From Phallusia mammillata (Eukaryota), in the NCBI GenBank assembly GCA_965637545.1, contig OZ281497.1, positions 9,052,001 through 9,116,000 of the forward strand: 64,000 nucleotides of DNA, written 5' to 3'. The notes under the pieces are model-generated. The model saw only the letters and a program-made list of their open reading frames with translations, made no database searches and was not told the DNA's origin. Made by a program: the position numbers and the translations under genes. Numbering within the stretch: position 1 is the first letter of the stretch; each line of letters opens with the position of its first letter. Positions 37,701 through 48,069 of the stretch are shown in pieces.

Positions 37701-37917
37701 AATCGTTGCCGATTGCGAAGCCGCATTGGGCCTGGCAAGACCTACTCTTCCATTTCACTGTGCGCCATCAATATTTTTCAATGCACCTGGTCGATTTTTT
37801 CTGTTAAAAGCAGATGCAAGGCGCAACAAGTTGTTTGGCCTTGCACTAACGCTTTGCAACGTGCAAAAAGTTTTCATTACGAATGGATTATATCAAAACC
37901 TTTTCAATACATTTTAA
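34732..37917 (+). CDS. Intronless 1061-aa protein: N-terminal helical region, GlnD/GlnE(DUF294)-like nucleotidyltransferase, helical substrate-binding domain, C-terminal TPR array
   Basis: Uninterrupted 3186-bp ORF. Pol-beta-type signature FALMGMGSLARKEITPYSDFESIIVL. DUF294_C/GlnD-like helical module VDIKRVAYR...IVDKLRERRII...LQFSLSVGCEIRLRNY. Several TPR-like units (ARAWVDSGKFKKALKYYRK; IGDCYKKLRRNKKALKYLKLA; IGSCLTGLKNYEEALVYLNRS; LGSSLLKRQCIEEAINCYK). Domain calls are by motif recognition only. Confidence 0.8.
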   Translation: MLCETVLANELKKQCLSNGVEINPKESAKTLHQLGLVYKEKSPDKISLIQSVALMTSAALRQPDNVHEVRTDLNTLCLHILDLAKASKQDITLFDNAISEAKREIAKLRVTTQREIEKLKPINDDLKGPKLTRIRKQRVQHIRKIQDYVSETYTKIMQHIAKNTVDIMGKPPCQFALMGMGSLARKEITPYSDFESIIVLEERNGTSKQVLTNKYLAIPCLNNPLVPEEDWFYDAYTPCGICPDGLAPQASKNPLGRQTKTKKKPWTTELIKPVSQMVKYFDTAEDLKNGYHLADMLTTTCFVFGNYVVYHDFENKVHKKINNLPMFSQKAVETMQKDFEQYLLPNCRTHFTVDIKRVAYRSCSLFIIGLGHLHDCKFSNCFQIVDKLRERRIIDTALHGKLQFSLSVGCEIRLRNYNQASSQSDILHQTINLNISSCINNMATCIGPRALVDGLAIAKSLQMYVMSCFTVCSRLDPSLIVERSIGAAEFASSMKLHRLTIKLIHECKDIDECKNEKIQVLLLLWLAFSLHGCEEYKKCVKLVKANLKNMKQNGLINAACRLMMTCARAWVDSGKFKKALKYYRKVNFYLFFKLANSVTKLQINIGIGDCYKKLRRNKKALKYLKLAYNEVKDDFKNHAVGDEYYELMMHYSICLYRGGKFNEGKRVNEELLKARRSLHVDEESDLVINFACLGIGSCLTGLKNYEEALVYLNRSWRCKCIREDFCQDTSVTCVRLTAQCLTNLGRSFEAISFIAAYLNSSKSETTVLGQFFNICGLMNILWRCGFYEACILDNNYRIFALMPMRQTKHTRKRIDILRRQNQDLQQIIDHYDQHRIDDETKEIFKKEPKVEILHLLRLGSSLLKRQCIEEAINCYKMIEILLLKVEIGPFMSKDVEFHSMVYHEISYSLIMQRYGRRSIRYSKKAFHLSFHTRGPRFVDTCVDAAVMLAESLYCLKLFTESMDAAWHAVRLCLHVYPNCSFISKFMHAVIIVADCEAALGLARPTLPFHCAPSIFFNAPGRFFLLKADARRNKLFGLALTLCNVQKVFITNGLYQNLFNTF

Positions 37918-39187
37918 ACAAAGGCTAAAAAGGCAAAGTAAAGACCAACTTTTTGCAACATTCGTAGAATTCCAATCATCTTGCAATTTTTTTAAACAAA
38001 AGCGTTCTGTTGCATTATACTTAAGTTAAAAGGTTGCAATCGTAAAAAAATAGTGTAAATTACCTTACAAAGATTTTTTTTCATTTTTTAATCAAACAAA
38101 AACTTTTAGTCTTTTTTAAGTTTAGTTTTCGTTTTAAACTTTAATCGTTGCCCGTGCTGTGGTGTTGGCTGTGATCTTTTACTAAACCTAGTAAATAACT
38201 GATAACTATTAAACATCATTATAATCATTTCTGACAATGACATATTCCAATTTAAAGCTTTGTTTGCAAATGCTTCTATGTAGCTGTTTAGCATTACTAC
38301 GCAGTACTGCAGTCTAGTCGCCTACGCTGCTAGAAGCTGACTTCAACTGCGTTCTTTTTTTCACGGGCTTTTTTATGGACGTTTCCTAATGCGAATCCCC
38401 GTCTGTGTTTTTTGTTTGTTCCTGGTCGTTTCGGTCAGAACAACATTCTTGTGATGCTATGGTCTGGTTGCTCTGAAGCGCCACCACTCGTTTGGGATCG
38501 TTTGAAACTATTTGTTTATGAATAATGAGATACATGCCGGACCTGAATACATAGTTTTTATCTGAACTCTGCTGAAACTCTTTAAATTTAAATAATTCCG
38601 TTTATATGCGCTGTATTTTTAGCGTTAAGTGTGTTCGCAACCGGGCAAAGTCTCACTTTGTCACATTCTCTGCAATTTCTAAAATTTTATCCAAGTGACA
38701 AGAAAAATCTGCAGATATTTCGAGTGTTTGTTGCGTTTTTAACAGAGGTTACTTTGGTGGAGTGGTTTGTTGTTGAGCAGAAAGATTGAGAGAACTATAA
38801 GAACTGAGAACTAACTATAGGTTAGGCCAGTGCTCTTCAACCGGTGTGCACGGTGCACCCTAGGGCGCCCCAAAATGCATGGGGTGCACCAGTACGAAAA
38901 GGTATACAAGGGTGCATCGCGGACATAACAAATGGGATATGAGTGAAGGGTAACGCACTGATCATATATGCATACCCACGATTGCAATATACACATGTAG
39001 GACGACTTTCCTTTCCACCGATGTAAAATAATGTCCCTTGAGTTACTTATCTGATGATCAGGTTTATGACTACTGTATTGCAGTACAGATAGCAGTGCCT
39101 TAAACTATAGGCTACATTTATTTGCATTACAAATGTTTGGAATGGAAACAAAATAATTCATACATTCAAATAAAAAGTCAACAAATC

Positions 39188-41124
39188 CTACACGCTATTA
39201 GTGTGGTTAATTTCCAGGTCTGTCATTTCATCGCATCCCATTGGCTCGTTGGTCACCAATTCGTGAAAACATTTTCTTGCCAAACTTTTTCGAGCGTTGT
39301 AAATTAAAAACGAAACCATTTGTAGTAAAGGTTGTACAATCACACCCAAAAGGGTAATTATACCTATAGTCAATCCGGGATTACTACGCCAATCTAATAT
39401 GGGATAAATCGCTGAAATAACGCCAGCAAGATGAAGCATAAGACTAAAAAACGCGTATGCAAGGCCAAACGCAATTCCATGAATGACATGCAGTAATCTA
39501 ACGGTCAAGGAGCCGACAAACAAGTCGGCTATCAAAACCAAAATATTAACCAAGTGCAAGTGTATGGACAGAGGATGAAAAGCGAAAGCAGGAGGCAGAA
39601 GTCCTGCCAGTAAAGACCAAAATATAACGTCAACTATTATTGAAAACGTAAATGAGCAGTTGAAGAGTACCCACGTCACCTTGTGAAACCACTGAAGGTT
39701 TTGATTTCCTGTAAAATCAGACGGTTTAGTAAAAAAAATAACAAGTCGACCTGAAGTGGAAAGTGTATTCAACTTGTTCCAAGGTTTAACTTTTTACAAC
39801 CTTACATTTACTGTCGATAGGCTCAATTACTTAATTACTCTAGCTTTGTCTATTAAAGATATTTTAAGCAAAAGGTCAAAACCCAACCATAATGTGCATA
39901 CTGTTTTTTTTTATTCAAAACACATACTTTTTTGATGTGTCCTCTTTTCCAACCTGTCTTGCAGTACCTCGTGTATTGTTATACTTAACGACATTGTAAA
40001 GTACAGAATGGTCAGAACTTCGACCCAATTAGTGAGATAATAAATAAAATGGTAGTCTTTAACATAATTGCTTGCGGTCGCGTCAACAACTTGCCAAATC
40101 AGCCATCCAAGCATGTACAGCAAAAGAAAGAGTCGAAATATAATGAAAAATCTGTTGCTGAGTCCCCACTAAAACACAAAAAGGTTAAAAAAGCATATAA
40201 AACAAGAATTGTGTTTTAACACAATACGTTTGTTTTCAGTTTTTTATATGCTATTTAAGGTGTGGGGTTAAACAAGGGTGTGTGAAAAACAAAATGGCGA
40301 AGTAGGTCAAAAACATGATGCGCAAGAGAAAGTATTGCTGAACATTTGCTAGAATGGCTGTTTAATTCTTGCAGTAGGCTTAGTTAGCACTTTTGAACAT
40401 GTACATCTATATCACCGGAAATACAGTGAATAAAACATGCAGGTAGATATCAAATACATAACTGATTCAAACACCTTTATGTGCAGCGCAAAAAGTATGA
40501 TAGTGGTTTTTTTTTTGAGAAAGTATGTCGTGTTAGTTAAGAGTAATAGTCTGTGTTTCCGGTTTACCAAAAAATCGTGTAAGGCGAAAGTTTTAGGTCC
40601 AATTAACTGGCACGAGGGGCAAATCCCTCTGTCATGCACTTTTTAAATAAACGCTCTGTTGCTGTTGCGCTCACAAGAATCTTTAAATTAACAAAAATAT
40701 GCTAATTATGACTTTTGACCAAAGTAACTGCTGTCAATTCGAGTGAAATCATCCATACTTGCAACGTTGTCTAGTCCTAGTACAAAAGGCGAATATCGCT
40801 AGAAATCATTTTTTTGTAGGCTACGTGTTTGTCCGAAGTTCGAAATGCACCGATAGCAAAGTGCGCTAGTTTTTTATTGGTTTCTTTTTTTAGTTCTCCC
40901 AGTTCCAAACCAATTCAACGGTTTGCTTTAAGCTGTTTACTTTTTCGTTTGACGCTACTGTCGAAATGATACTTGGTTTCTTTTAGCCCAAGGCAAACCA
41001 ATACCAACTGACAATGCAAACTATTCTATTCATTACTCACTTGTGACTTGTAAAAGTATTTTCGTTCGCTTCCCTTGAAGCCAAAATTTTGCAACCGAAA
41101 CTCGTTATTCAATTGAAAGCACAT
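39188..41124 (-). CDS. Protein rolling stone-like / FAR-17a-AIG1-type multipass membrane protein (exons 41041-41124, 39928-40168, 39188-39708; 281 aa)
   Basis: Spliced product MCFQLNNEFRLQNFGFKG...FYKSQWG...YLTNW...WFHKVTWVLFN...VIFWSLL...HLHLVN...RLLH...IYPILDW has about six hydrophobic segments and rolling-stone-type motifs; splice phases 0 and 1 are compatible. Confidence 0.8.
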
Positions 41125-42017
41125 TCCTGCAAGTTTTAATGACTGGTTTAGCAACCCAAACAAAAACCTGAGGAAACATATGCTTCGCTGCTCCAATCTG
41201 TAGATTTCGAACTCTTTCTTGTGCCGGTTACAATAGCGCCAGTCAAGCGAAACGACTTTTAACTGGCAATTTTGGTTGCCGGACTCATCAAGCAATGCTA
41301 CTTTATTTCGTCACAAATAACAACACAAGGTGATCTATTACAATCTTTTTAATTTTAGTGTCCTGCTTGTGATGTAACAAACTTCATTTGAATTATCGCT
41401 ACATGAGTCAATTGTTAACGTTTGTTTTTGGTGTGACGTATTTAATTCTAACGATGTATATCAGCTTGGTTAATTGAAAAATGTATTCAGCCGCAGGTAT
41501 TCGAAAAAAATGCAAATGGACGGTCATAAAAATACAATCAAAAAGAATGGGAACCACTGTGACTGACAGGCTCAAAATATGCATCAAAATACTTTGTGGT
41601 TAACCATGTAATAAAGGTACGTTGAAGGAGATTTTTCAGTTTTTATAACTTCGGCTTCGTATCATTCGAAATCAGCTGAATGAGAATCGCTGAACCAGCA
41701 AATTCTTCGTTTAGAAACGGTAACAACGGTGCTTAAGTCGGTTTTGGTCGTCCCTGGTGTAATTGTTTGATTCAGTGTTTCACATTTTTCCTGGTATGGT
41801 TTGCATAAGTTTTATGAAAATACAACCTGTTTTCGACTAGAGCCCGGGGATCAACTGACTTCATGTAGGCTATCGTGTGTTTGTGTAGGGCGGAAGTAAT
41901 GCAAATACTTAACTCCCTATTCCTGGATACAGTCGATTCTCAATTCTACTTTGATTTAAACTTTTAGTGGCACCAGCTGACGCCAAATAAGATTATAGAA
42001 CTACTTCAACCTTTTCG

Positions 42018-43830
42018 CGGTGCGGCTAACGGCACAATGCTTTACAAACTTAGGAAGATCCTTTGATGCAATTAGCTTCATTGCAGCACATTTAAAGAGC
42101 AGCAAGAGTGAAACCACTGTCTTGGGCCAATTCTGTAATATTAGCGGACTCATGGACATCTTGCGACGGTGCGGTTTTTATGAAGCATGTATTTTAAATA
42201 TCAACAATAGAATATGTCCTTTAATGCCAATGAAACAAACCAAACACACCCGGAAGAGACTAGATACTCTCCAGCGACAAAATCGAGATTTTCAGCAAAT
42301 GATTGACCATTACGACCAACATCATATTGATGATGAAACAAAGGAAACATTTCAAAAGGTACCTAAGGTTGAAATACTTCATCTGCTTAGACTGGGAAGT
42401 AGTCTTTTGAAACGTCAATGCATTGAAGCGGCAATGAATCGTTACAAAAACATCGAAAATATTCTTTCAAAGGTTGAAATTGGACCTTTTATGTCGGACG
42501 ATGTTAAGTTTCATAGTATGGTTTATCATGAAATTTCATACTCCCTCATCATGCAGCGCTACGGCCACAGAGCAATAAAGTATTCAAAAAAGGCCTTCCA
42601 TCTTTCTTTTCATACACGTGGACCACGATTTGAAGACACCTGTGTTGACGCTGCGGTTATGCTTGCTGAAAATTTGTATAGTTTGGAACTCCTTACAGAA
42701 AGTCTAGTTTCTACACGGCATGCTGTCAGGTTGTGTCTACATGTGTATCCCAACTGCAGTTTTATTTCGAAATTTATGACAGCGGTAATTATCGTTGCTG
42801 ATTGCGAAGCCGCATTGGGTATGGCAAGACCTACACTTCCATCACATTGTGCGCCGTCGATATTTTTCAATGCACCTGGTTGATTTTTCACGTTAAAAGC
42901 AGATGTAAAGCTCAAAAAGGCGTTTGGCCTTTCACTAACACCTTGCAAAGTGCAAAAAGTTTTCATTACAAATGGATTAGATCAATACCTTTTCAATAGA
43001 TTCTAGCAACAGCTAGAAAGGCAAAGTAAAGACCAACTTTTTGCAACATTCGTAGAATTCAAATCATTTTGCAAATTTTTTTGAACGAAAGCGTTGTGCT
43101 GCATTAAACTTAAGTTGAAAGGTTTGCAATTTAAAAAAAATAGTATAAAATCCCCTTAAAGAACTTGACATTTTTTAATCAAACAAAAACTTTTGGTATT
43201 TAGTTTTTTAAGTTTATTTTTTCGTCATATACTTTAATCGTTTCCCGCGCTGTGGTATTGGCTGTGATCTTTTACTAAATCTAATCAATAACTATTAAAC
43301 ATTATAAAATCATTTCTGACTATGACATATTCCAATTTGAAGTTGTTGTTTTTGCAAATGCTTCTGTGTAGCTATTTAGCAATACTACGTCTAGTCTCCT
43401 ATACTGCTAGATGCTGACTTCGAATGCGTCCTTTTTTCACGGGCTTTTTTATGGACTGCGAATCCCCGTCTGTGTTTTTTGTTTGTTCCTGGTAATTTCG
43501 TACAGAACAGCATTCTTGTGATGCTTTAGTCTGGTTGCTCTGAAGCGCCACCATCCGTTTGGGATTGTTTAAATTATTTGTTTATGATTAATGACATACA
43601 TGCCGGACCAACTGAATGCATAGTTTTTATCTGAACTCTGCTGAAGCTCTTTTAATTTAAAAATTTATGTTCATATAAACGTGTTCGCAACCGGTTTCTG
43701 TAATTTGTCACATTATCTGTAATTTCTAAAATTTTATTCAAGTCGGTGACAACAAAGATCTACAGACATTTCAAGTGTGTGTTGCGTTTTTGACACAGGT
43801 TACTTTGGTAAAGTGGTTTGTTGTGGAGCA
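42018..43830 (+). pseudogene. 3' fragment of an NTase-TPR paralogue plus its 3' flank
   Basis: 42018-42990 aligns to 36930-37917 with a premature stop (CGA>TGA, 42881-42883). 42990-43830 aligns to 37918-~38790. It begins abruptly after a MITE fragment at ~41930-42017. Confidence 0.92.
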
Positions 43831-44129
43831 GATTTATTGGGGCATAGCTTTTCAGCAATAGAGTGCTACAGCCTAGCTCAGGGGTGGCCAACCTTCTAGA
43901 TACCATTCGCCAACTTTTTAACATACTGTGTTGGATGCGCCATAAATGTCTCGTAACTTCACCTTCTATGACTACTTCTTGTATAGAGAGAAAGAGAAAG
44001 AAACAACTTTTGCTTTTGCTTACTTTAAGGATAGTAATAAGAAATAAGAACTATTAAGTAAAAAATAACTCTGATAAACTTGATGAAATTTATTTACCTG
44101 GTTTAATGAGATTTTTGAGCCTGTTTTGA

Positions 44130-45330
44130 TTTCGCCAGTTTTGCAACGATAAAAACATATACCATAATGCATCATTAACTCATAATACTCATCACTAACT
44201 GCATTATGTTTAATATCATGTTTGACTTCATCGTAAGCTTGTTTTAAATACTTCAATGCTTTCTTGTGGCTCCATATTTTTTATAACAGTCGCCAATGCC
44301 AAAGTTAATCTGCAGTTTTTGCATCAGAATTTGCAAGTTTAAAAAAATGATAAAAATTCACTTTTCTGTAATATTTCAGGGCTTTCTTGAATTACCTGGA
44401 ATCCACCAAACAGCGAGCGCAGGTCATCATTAGTAGGCATGCTGCGTTAACTAGGCCATTTTGTTTCATATTTTGAAGGTTTGCTTTAATGAGTTTTACA
44501 CACTTTTTTTATTTCTCACAGGAATGTAACTAAATGCTAACAAATATAGCAAACTTGATTTGTTTTGTTCTTATTTTCATCGATATCCCTACATTCATGG
44601 ATTAACCTAGTAAATCGATGCAACTTCATTAAACCGGCAAACTCTGCTGCAACAATTTGTCTTTCAACAATAAAACTGGGTTCGTAACGAGTACACACTG
44701 TAAAACGTGACATAACATACATATGTAATGATTTTACAATCCATCTACCAAAGCTCTTGGGCCAATACATGTCGTCATGTTGTGGATACTGTATGAAATG
44801 TTAAGATTTATTGTTTAAAGTAAAATGTCGTTTTGACTGGAAGCTTGGTTGTAAATTCTCAAACGCATTTCGCATCCAACTGATAATAAAAACTGCAATT
44901 TCCCATGAAGTGTCAATGATACCTCGTTCACGCAGTTTATCAACAATCTGAAAACAGTTTGAAAACTTGCTGTCATGCAAATGTCCAATAATGAAAAGTG
45001 AACAGCTTTTGAAAGCAAAACGTTTAATATTCAAAGCATGACCTACAGCTACTTGCCGCCGAATACTGTTTCGAATCATTTCTTTCGAAGACAGTTTCTT
45101 CTGCCTTTTCAGTAAATATTGGCAAATTATTAGTTTTATTTTCAAAGTCTTTATATACCACATAATTTCAATTAAGTCTTAATTAAGTAATTGGTCGTCA
45201 GCAGATCAGCGAAGTGATAACCGTTCTTAAGATCATGATCCGTATCTAAGTACTTTACCATCTGAGAGACTGGTTTGATAAGTTCGGTGATCTGAGGTTT
45301 TTTCTTTGTCATTGATTGTCTAATCGTAAT
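44130..45330 (-). pseudogene. Frameshifted middle fragment of an NTase-TPR paralogue
   Basis: The reverse strand reads TKKKPQITELIKPVSQMVKYLDTDHDLKNGYHFADLLTT, then SCSLFIIG..LHDSKFSNCFQIV, GCEMRLRIYNQASSQ and YLKQAYDEVK...YYELMMHYGICFYR. It matches ~35510-36710 with many indels. Confidence 0.88.
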
Positions 45331-46239
45331 ATTGTCTTCCCTATACCCTGAATAAATAATTTGAATTTGTAGTCTCGACTGTGATGCAATAAACTTTCTT
45401 TGGACGATTTCTGTTTGTTGTAATCCTATGAAACTAAGTACAATGAATCCTACATTTTATGCAGGAACATCGACAAGTCAATTATTTTTCGAACGTTACA
45501 AAAGTTATTGAATTGTAGGATGTTGCGTGCGGGTCGTAGTTTAGTGAACCCTGCTCTATAATTAAAAAGCTTTGCTGGATAACCCCTAACTAACTATCGT
45601 CTCGCACCAATTGATTTGGACGTCGACGTGTCGCGCTTGCACATTGTAATTGGACGCTATAGTTTTAGATTGAGGCAGTTCTCGCCTAGGCCTCGTGGTG
45701 TACGGTTTTCATTTATATCTAACGTCGGTTCCATTTTATATTCTATTAAAATTGTTCTAGTTGGGACCCTGTTCGTAACTATGCGGTAAGCCACTATTGT
45801 AGGGTGACCTGTTTTTTACCAAGGTAGGGACGATGATCTTGCTTGTGTAAGCTTACTTTATTTAGTAAAAGATAACCATATTGCCTTTCCCAAAAATCCT
45901 AGGCAAAATTCGGGATAATTTCGCCTTGGAAAGGAAGCCGGGTGCACCAACTACAACGAAAAAGTTAGTTAGTGTGATAAGTCAATAACTGATTTGTTCC
46001 ATTTTAGCTTACTATTAGCGGTGTTCAGAATTTTAGTTATTGTAAAAAAAAAAGAATCACCCTCGTAATGCGTTAATGCTTCGCTGAATTTTAAGCACTG
46101 AAAAAGCTAGAAACACATACTATTGTATCTGTTACTAAATCAACCATACCAAACTACATCAAAGTGGCAAATTCGTTTTAAGATTTTTTGTGTGTGTCTA
46201 AAACAGTGCAAATCGATAGTTGTGCATAAATAAATTATT

Positions 46240-47330
46240 CAAACAACCTAAACGGGTGGCGGCGCTTCAGAGCAACCAGAGCGTAGCACAAGGAACTTGA
46301 GCGAATGGTCTGGCTCGTCTGTCCCATATGCAGACATACAAAAACCTGATCGTGATTCGTCCCCGGGAGTGTTCTGGGTTCGAACCCTGTGAATAAAAAA
46401 GAATGTTGTTCCGGCCGAAATGTCCGAACAGCCTGAACCAGGTACAAAAAAAGTACAGATCGGGATAAAAAGCCTGTGAAAAAAGAGCGCAGTGCAAGTC
46501 AGCTTCTAGAGGCCTTGACAACTAGACTATAGTATTGTAGTATCAGTACTGTACAGTACTGTAGTAAGCAACTACACAGAAGAATTTGCAAAAAAAGCTA
46601 TAGTTTAAATTTTAGAATACAGTGCTTTAATGACAATTGTGTTTTTGTTAGAAATGATTTCATAATGTTTACTAGTTTTTTAAAAATCTATTAAAAAGGT
46701 ATTAATCTAATCCATATGTAATGAAAACACTGTAAGGTGCTATATCAAGATCTTTGCTAATGTCAATGACATTATTTGGTTGACGCAATGCAGCTGATGT
46801 CATTAAAGCAACACTATGAATGAGACTTATCTTGCCTCTTTTCCTTGTGCACAAGTCCAACTATGCAAAGTTTTCGCCGATTCCGTGGTATTGATATCTA
46901 CTCCATTGGACAGACATTGTTTCTTTAGCACGTTTGCTAAACCCGTTTCACCGAAAATGTTGGTTAATCTACCGAAAAATAGTCTTAAATCTATTATGTA
47001 GCCAAGATATTAGCCATTTATGTATAAAACTGCTGTATATTTCAGATTATATACTGTTTGTTTTTCTCAAATTCAAAGTAAAGATGTTTAGCAATTTAAA
47101 CTGGGATCGTCTCAACTGCGCTTCTGTATAGCATCGAAGACTCCGGTAAAACTGTTAATGTAACCATGGGTGCAAAATAAGGATGAAAACACCTTGTCTA
47201 CAAAACCCATTGAATGCTTGGTTGGTGTGGTTTCCACGAACTGAAAAAGGTAGCTGTTGGACCACACTATTCATTGTTTATCACTGGCACATCGTACATA
47301 CGGCAAAACCCATTGTGTTAATGAACCGCA
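46240..47330 (-). pseudogene. Third NTase-TPR copy: upstream region and first ~65 codons joined by deletion to the 3' flank
   Basis: Reverse complement of 47000-47330 resembles ~34370-34730, and of 46760-46975 resembles 34732-34950. Reverse complement of 46240-46700 resembles ~38200-38500. Confidence 0.8.
46288..46400 (+). mobile_element. tRNA-derived SINE copy
   Basis: GGAACTTGAGCGAATGGTC...GGGTTCGAACCCTGTGAATAAAAAA, homologous to 52127-52264. Confidence 0.75.
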
Positions 47331-48069
47331 TGTCCTCGTGTGGTTATTGTCAACAAACAAGTTTGACTTATGACATTCTGATGCAAGAGGGTTGTTTACT
47401 TACATGTCGAATCTGGCGATATACGTACTTATTCCAATGTGTGTATTTCCAGTAGGCGGGGCGTTACTGGTTGGGTATGGGCCATGCTCTAATCGTTTGC
47501 AGTCCAGATATACTCGAATTCACACTCTTTTGCGTTAAGCTGCAGTTTCACCCTTCTCTATGATTGTGCAGAATGCTAAAAATAGACAAGAGCAAGTGCC
47601 ACTTAACAGTGTTGAGCAATAGATGTCTGGCAGGACAATCTTAGATTATATATTTTTTCCTTTTTTAGACTTAATTACGACAAATAAAATCCCGGGCTTG
47701 GCCACAATTTGAGTTAAAATCCATACACCGATTAAAACACTGACTGTAAAATGATTTATGTATTTCTTTTTTTATATTTTTATTTGTTTTGAATATGACA
47801 TACCAAGAATGTTCCTTTAAGAAAAAAAAACAAATTTAAGAAAAAAACTAACAACACAAACAATTCATGATTGCGTTTCGTTTATTTAGCGACCAAGCAA
47901 AATTTAACCATCTTATATTATTCAATTCACAAATATAAGTTATAAACCAATATAAACCAACCAGAAACCAACACACAGAAACATCAACCGTCAAATAACA
48001 AGTGGATAATTTGTACTAATGCCACAAAGCAATTACGACCAAAATTAATGTGAAAACAACTGTTTTGAC

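Noticed and set aside
34732-37917. NTase-TPR ORF as bacterial contamination or misassembly
   Set aside because: Diverged, decayed paralogues with their flanks and host SINE/MITE insertions are interleaved with intron-containing genes, so the family resides in this genome.
34065-38845. hAT-like termini at ~34080 and ~38828 as a Pack-type element carrying the NTase-TPR gene
   Set aside because: The termini face outward (a right end at 34080, a left end at 38828) and share no TSD, so they belong to two separate elements.
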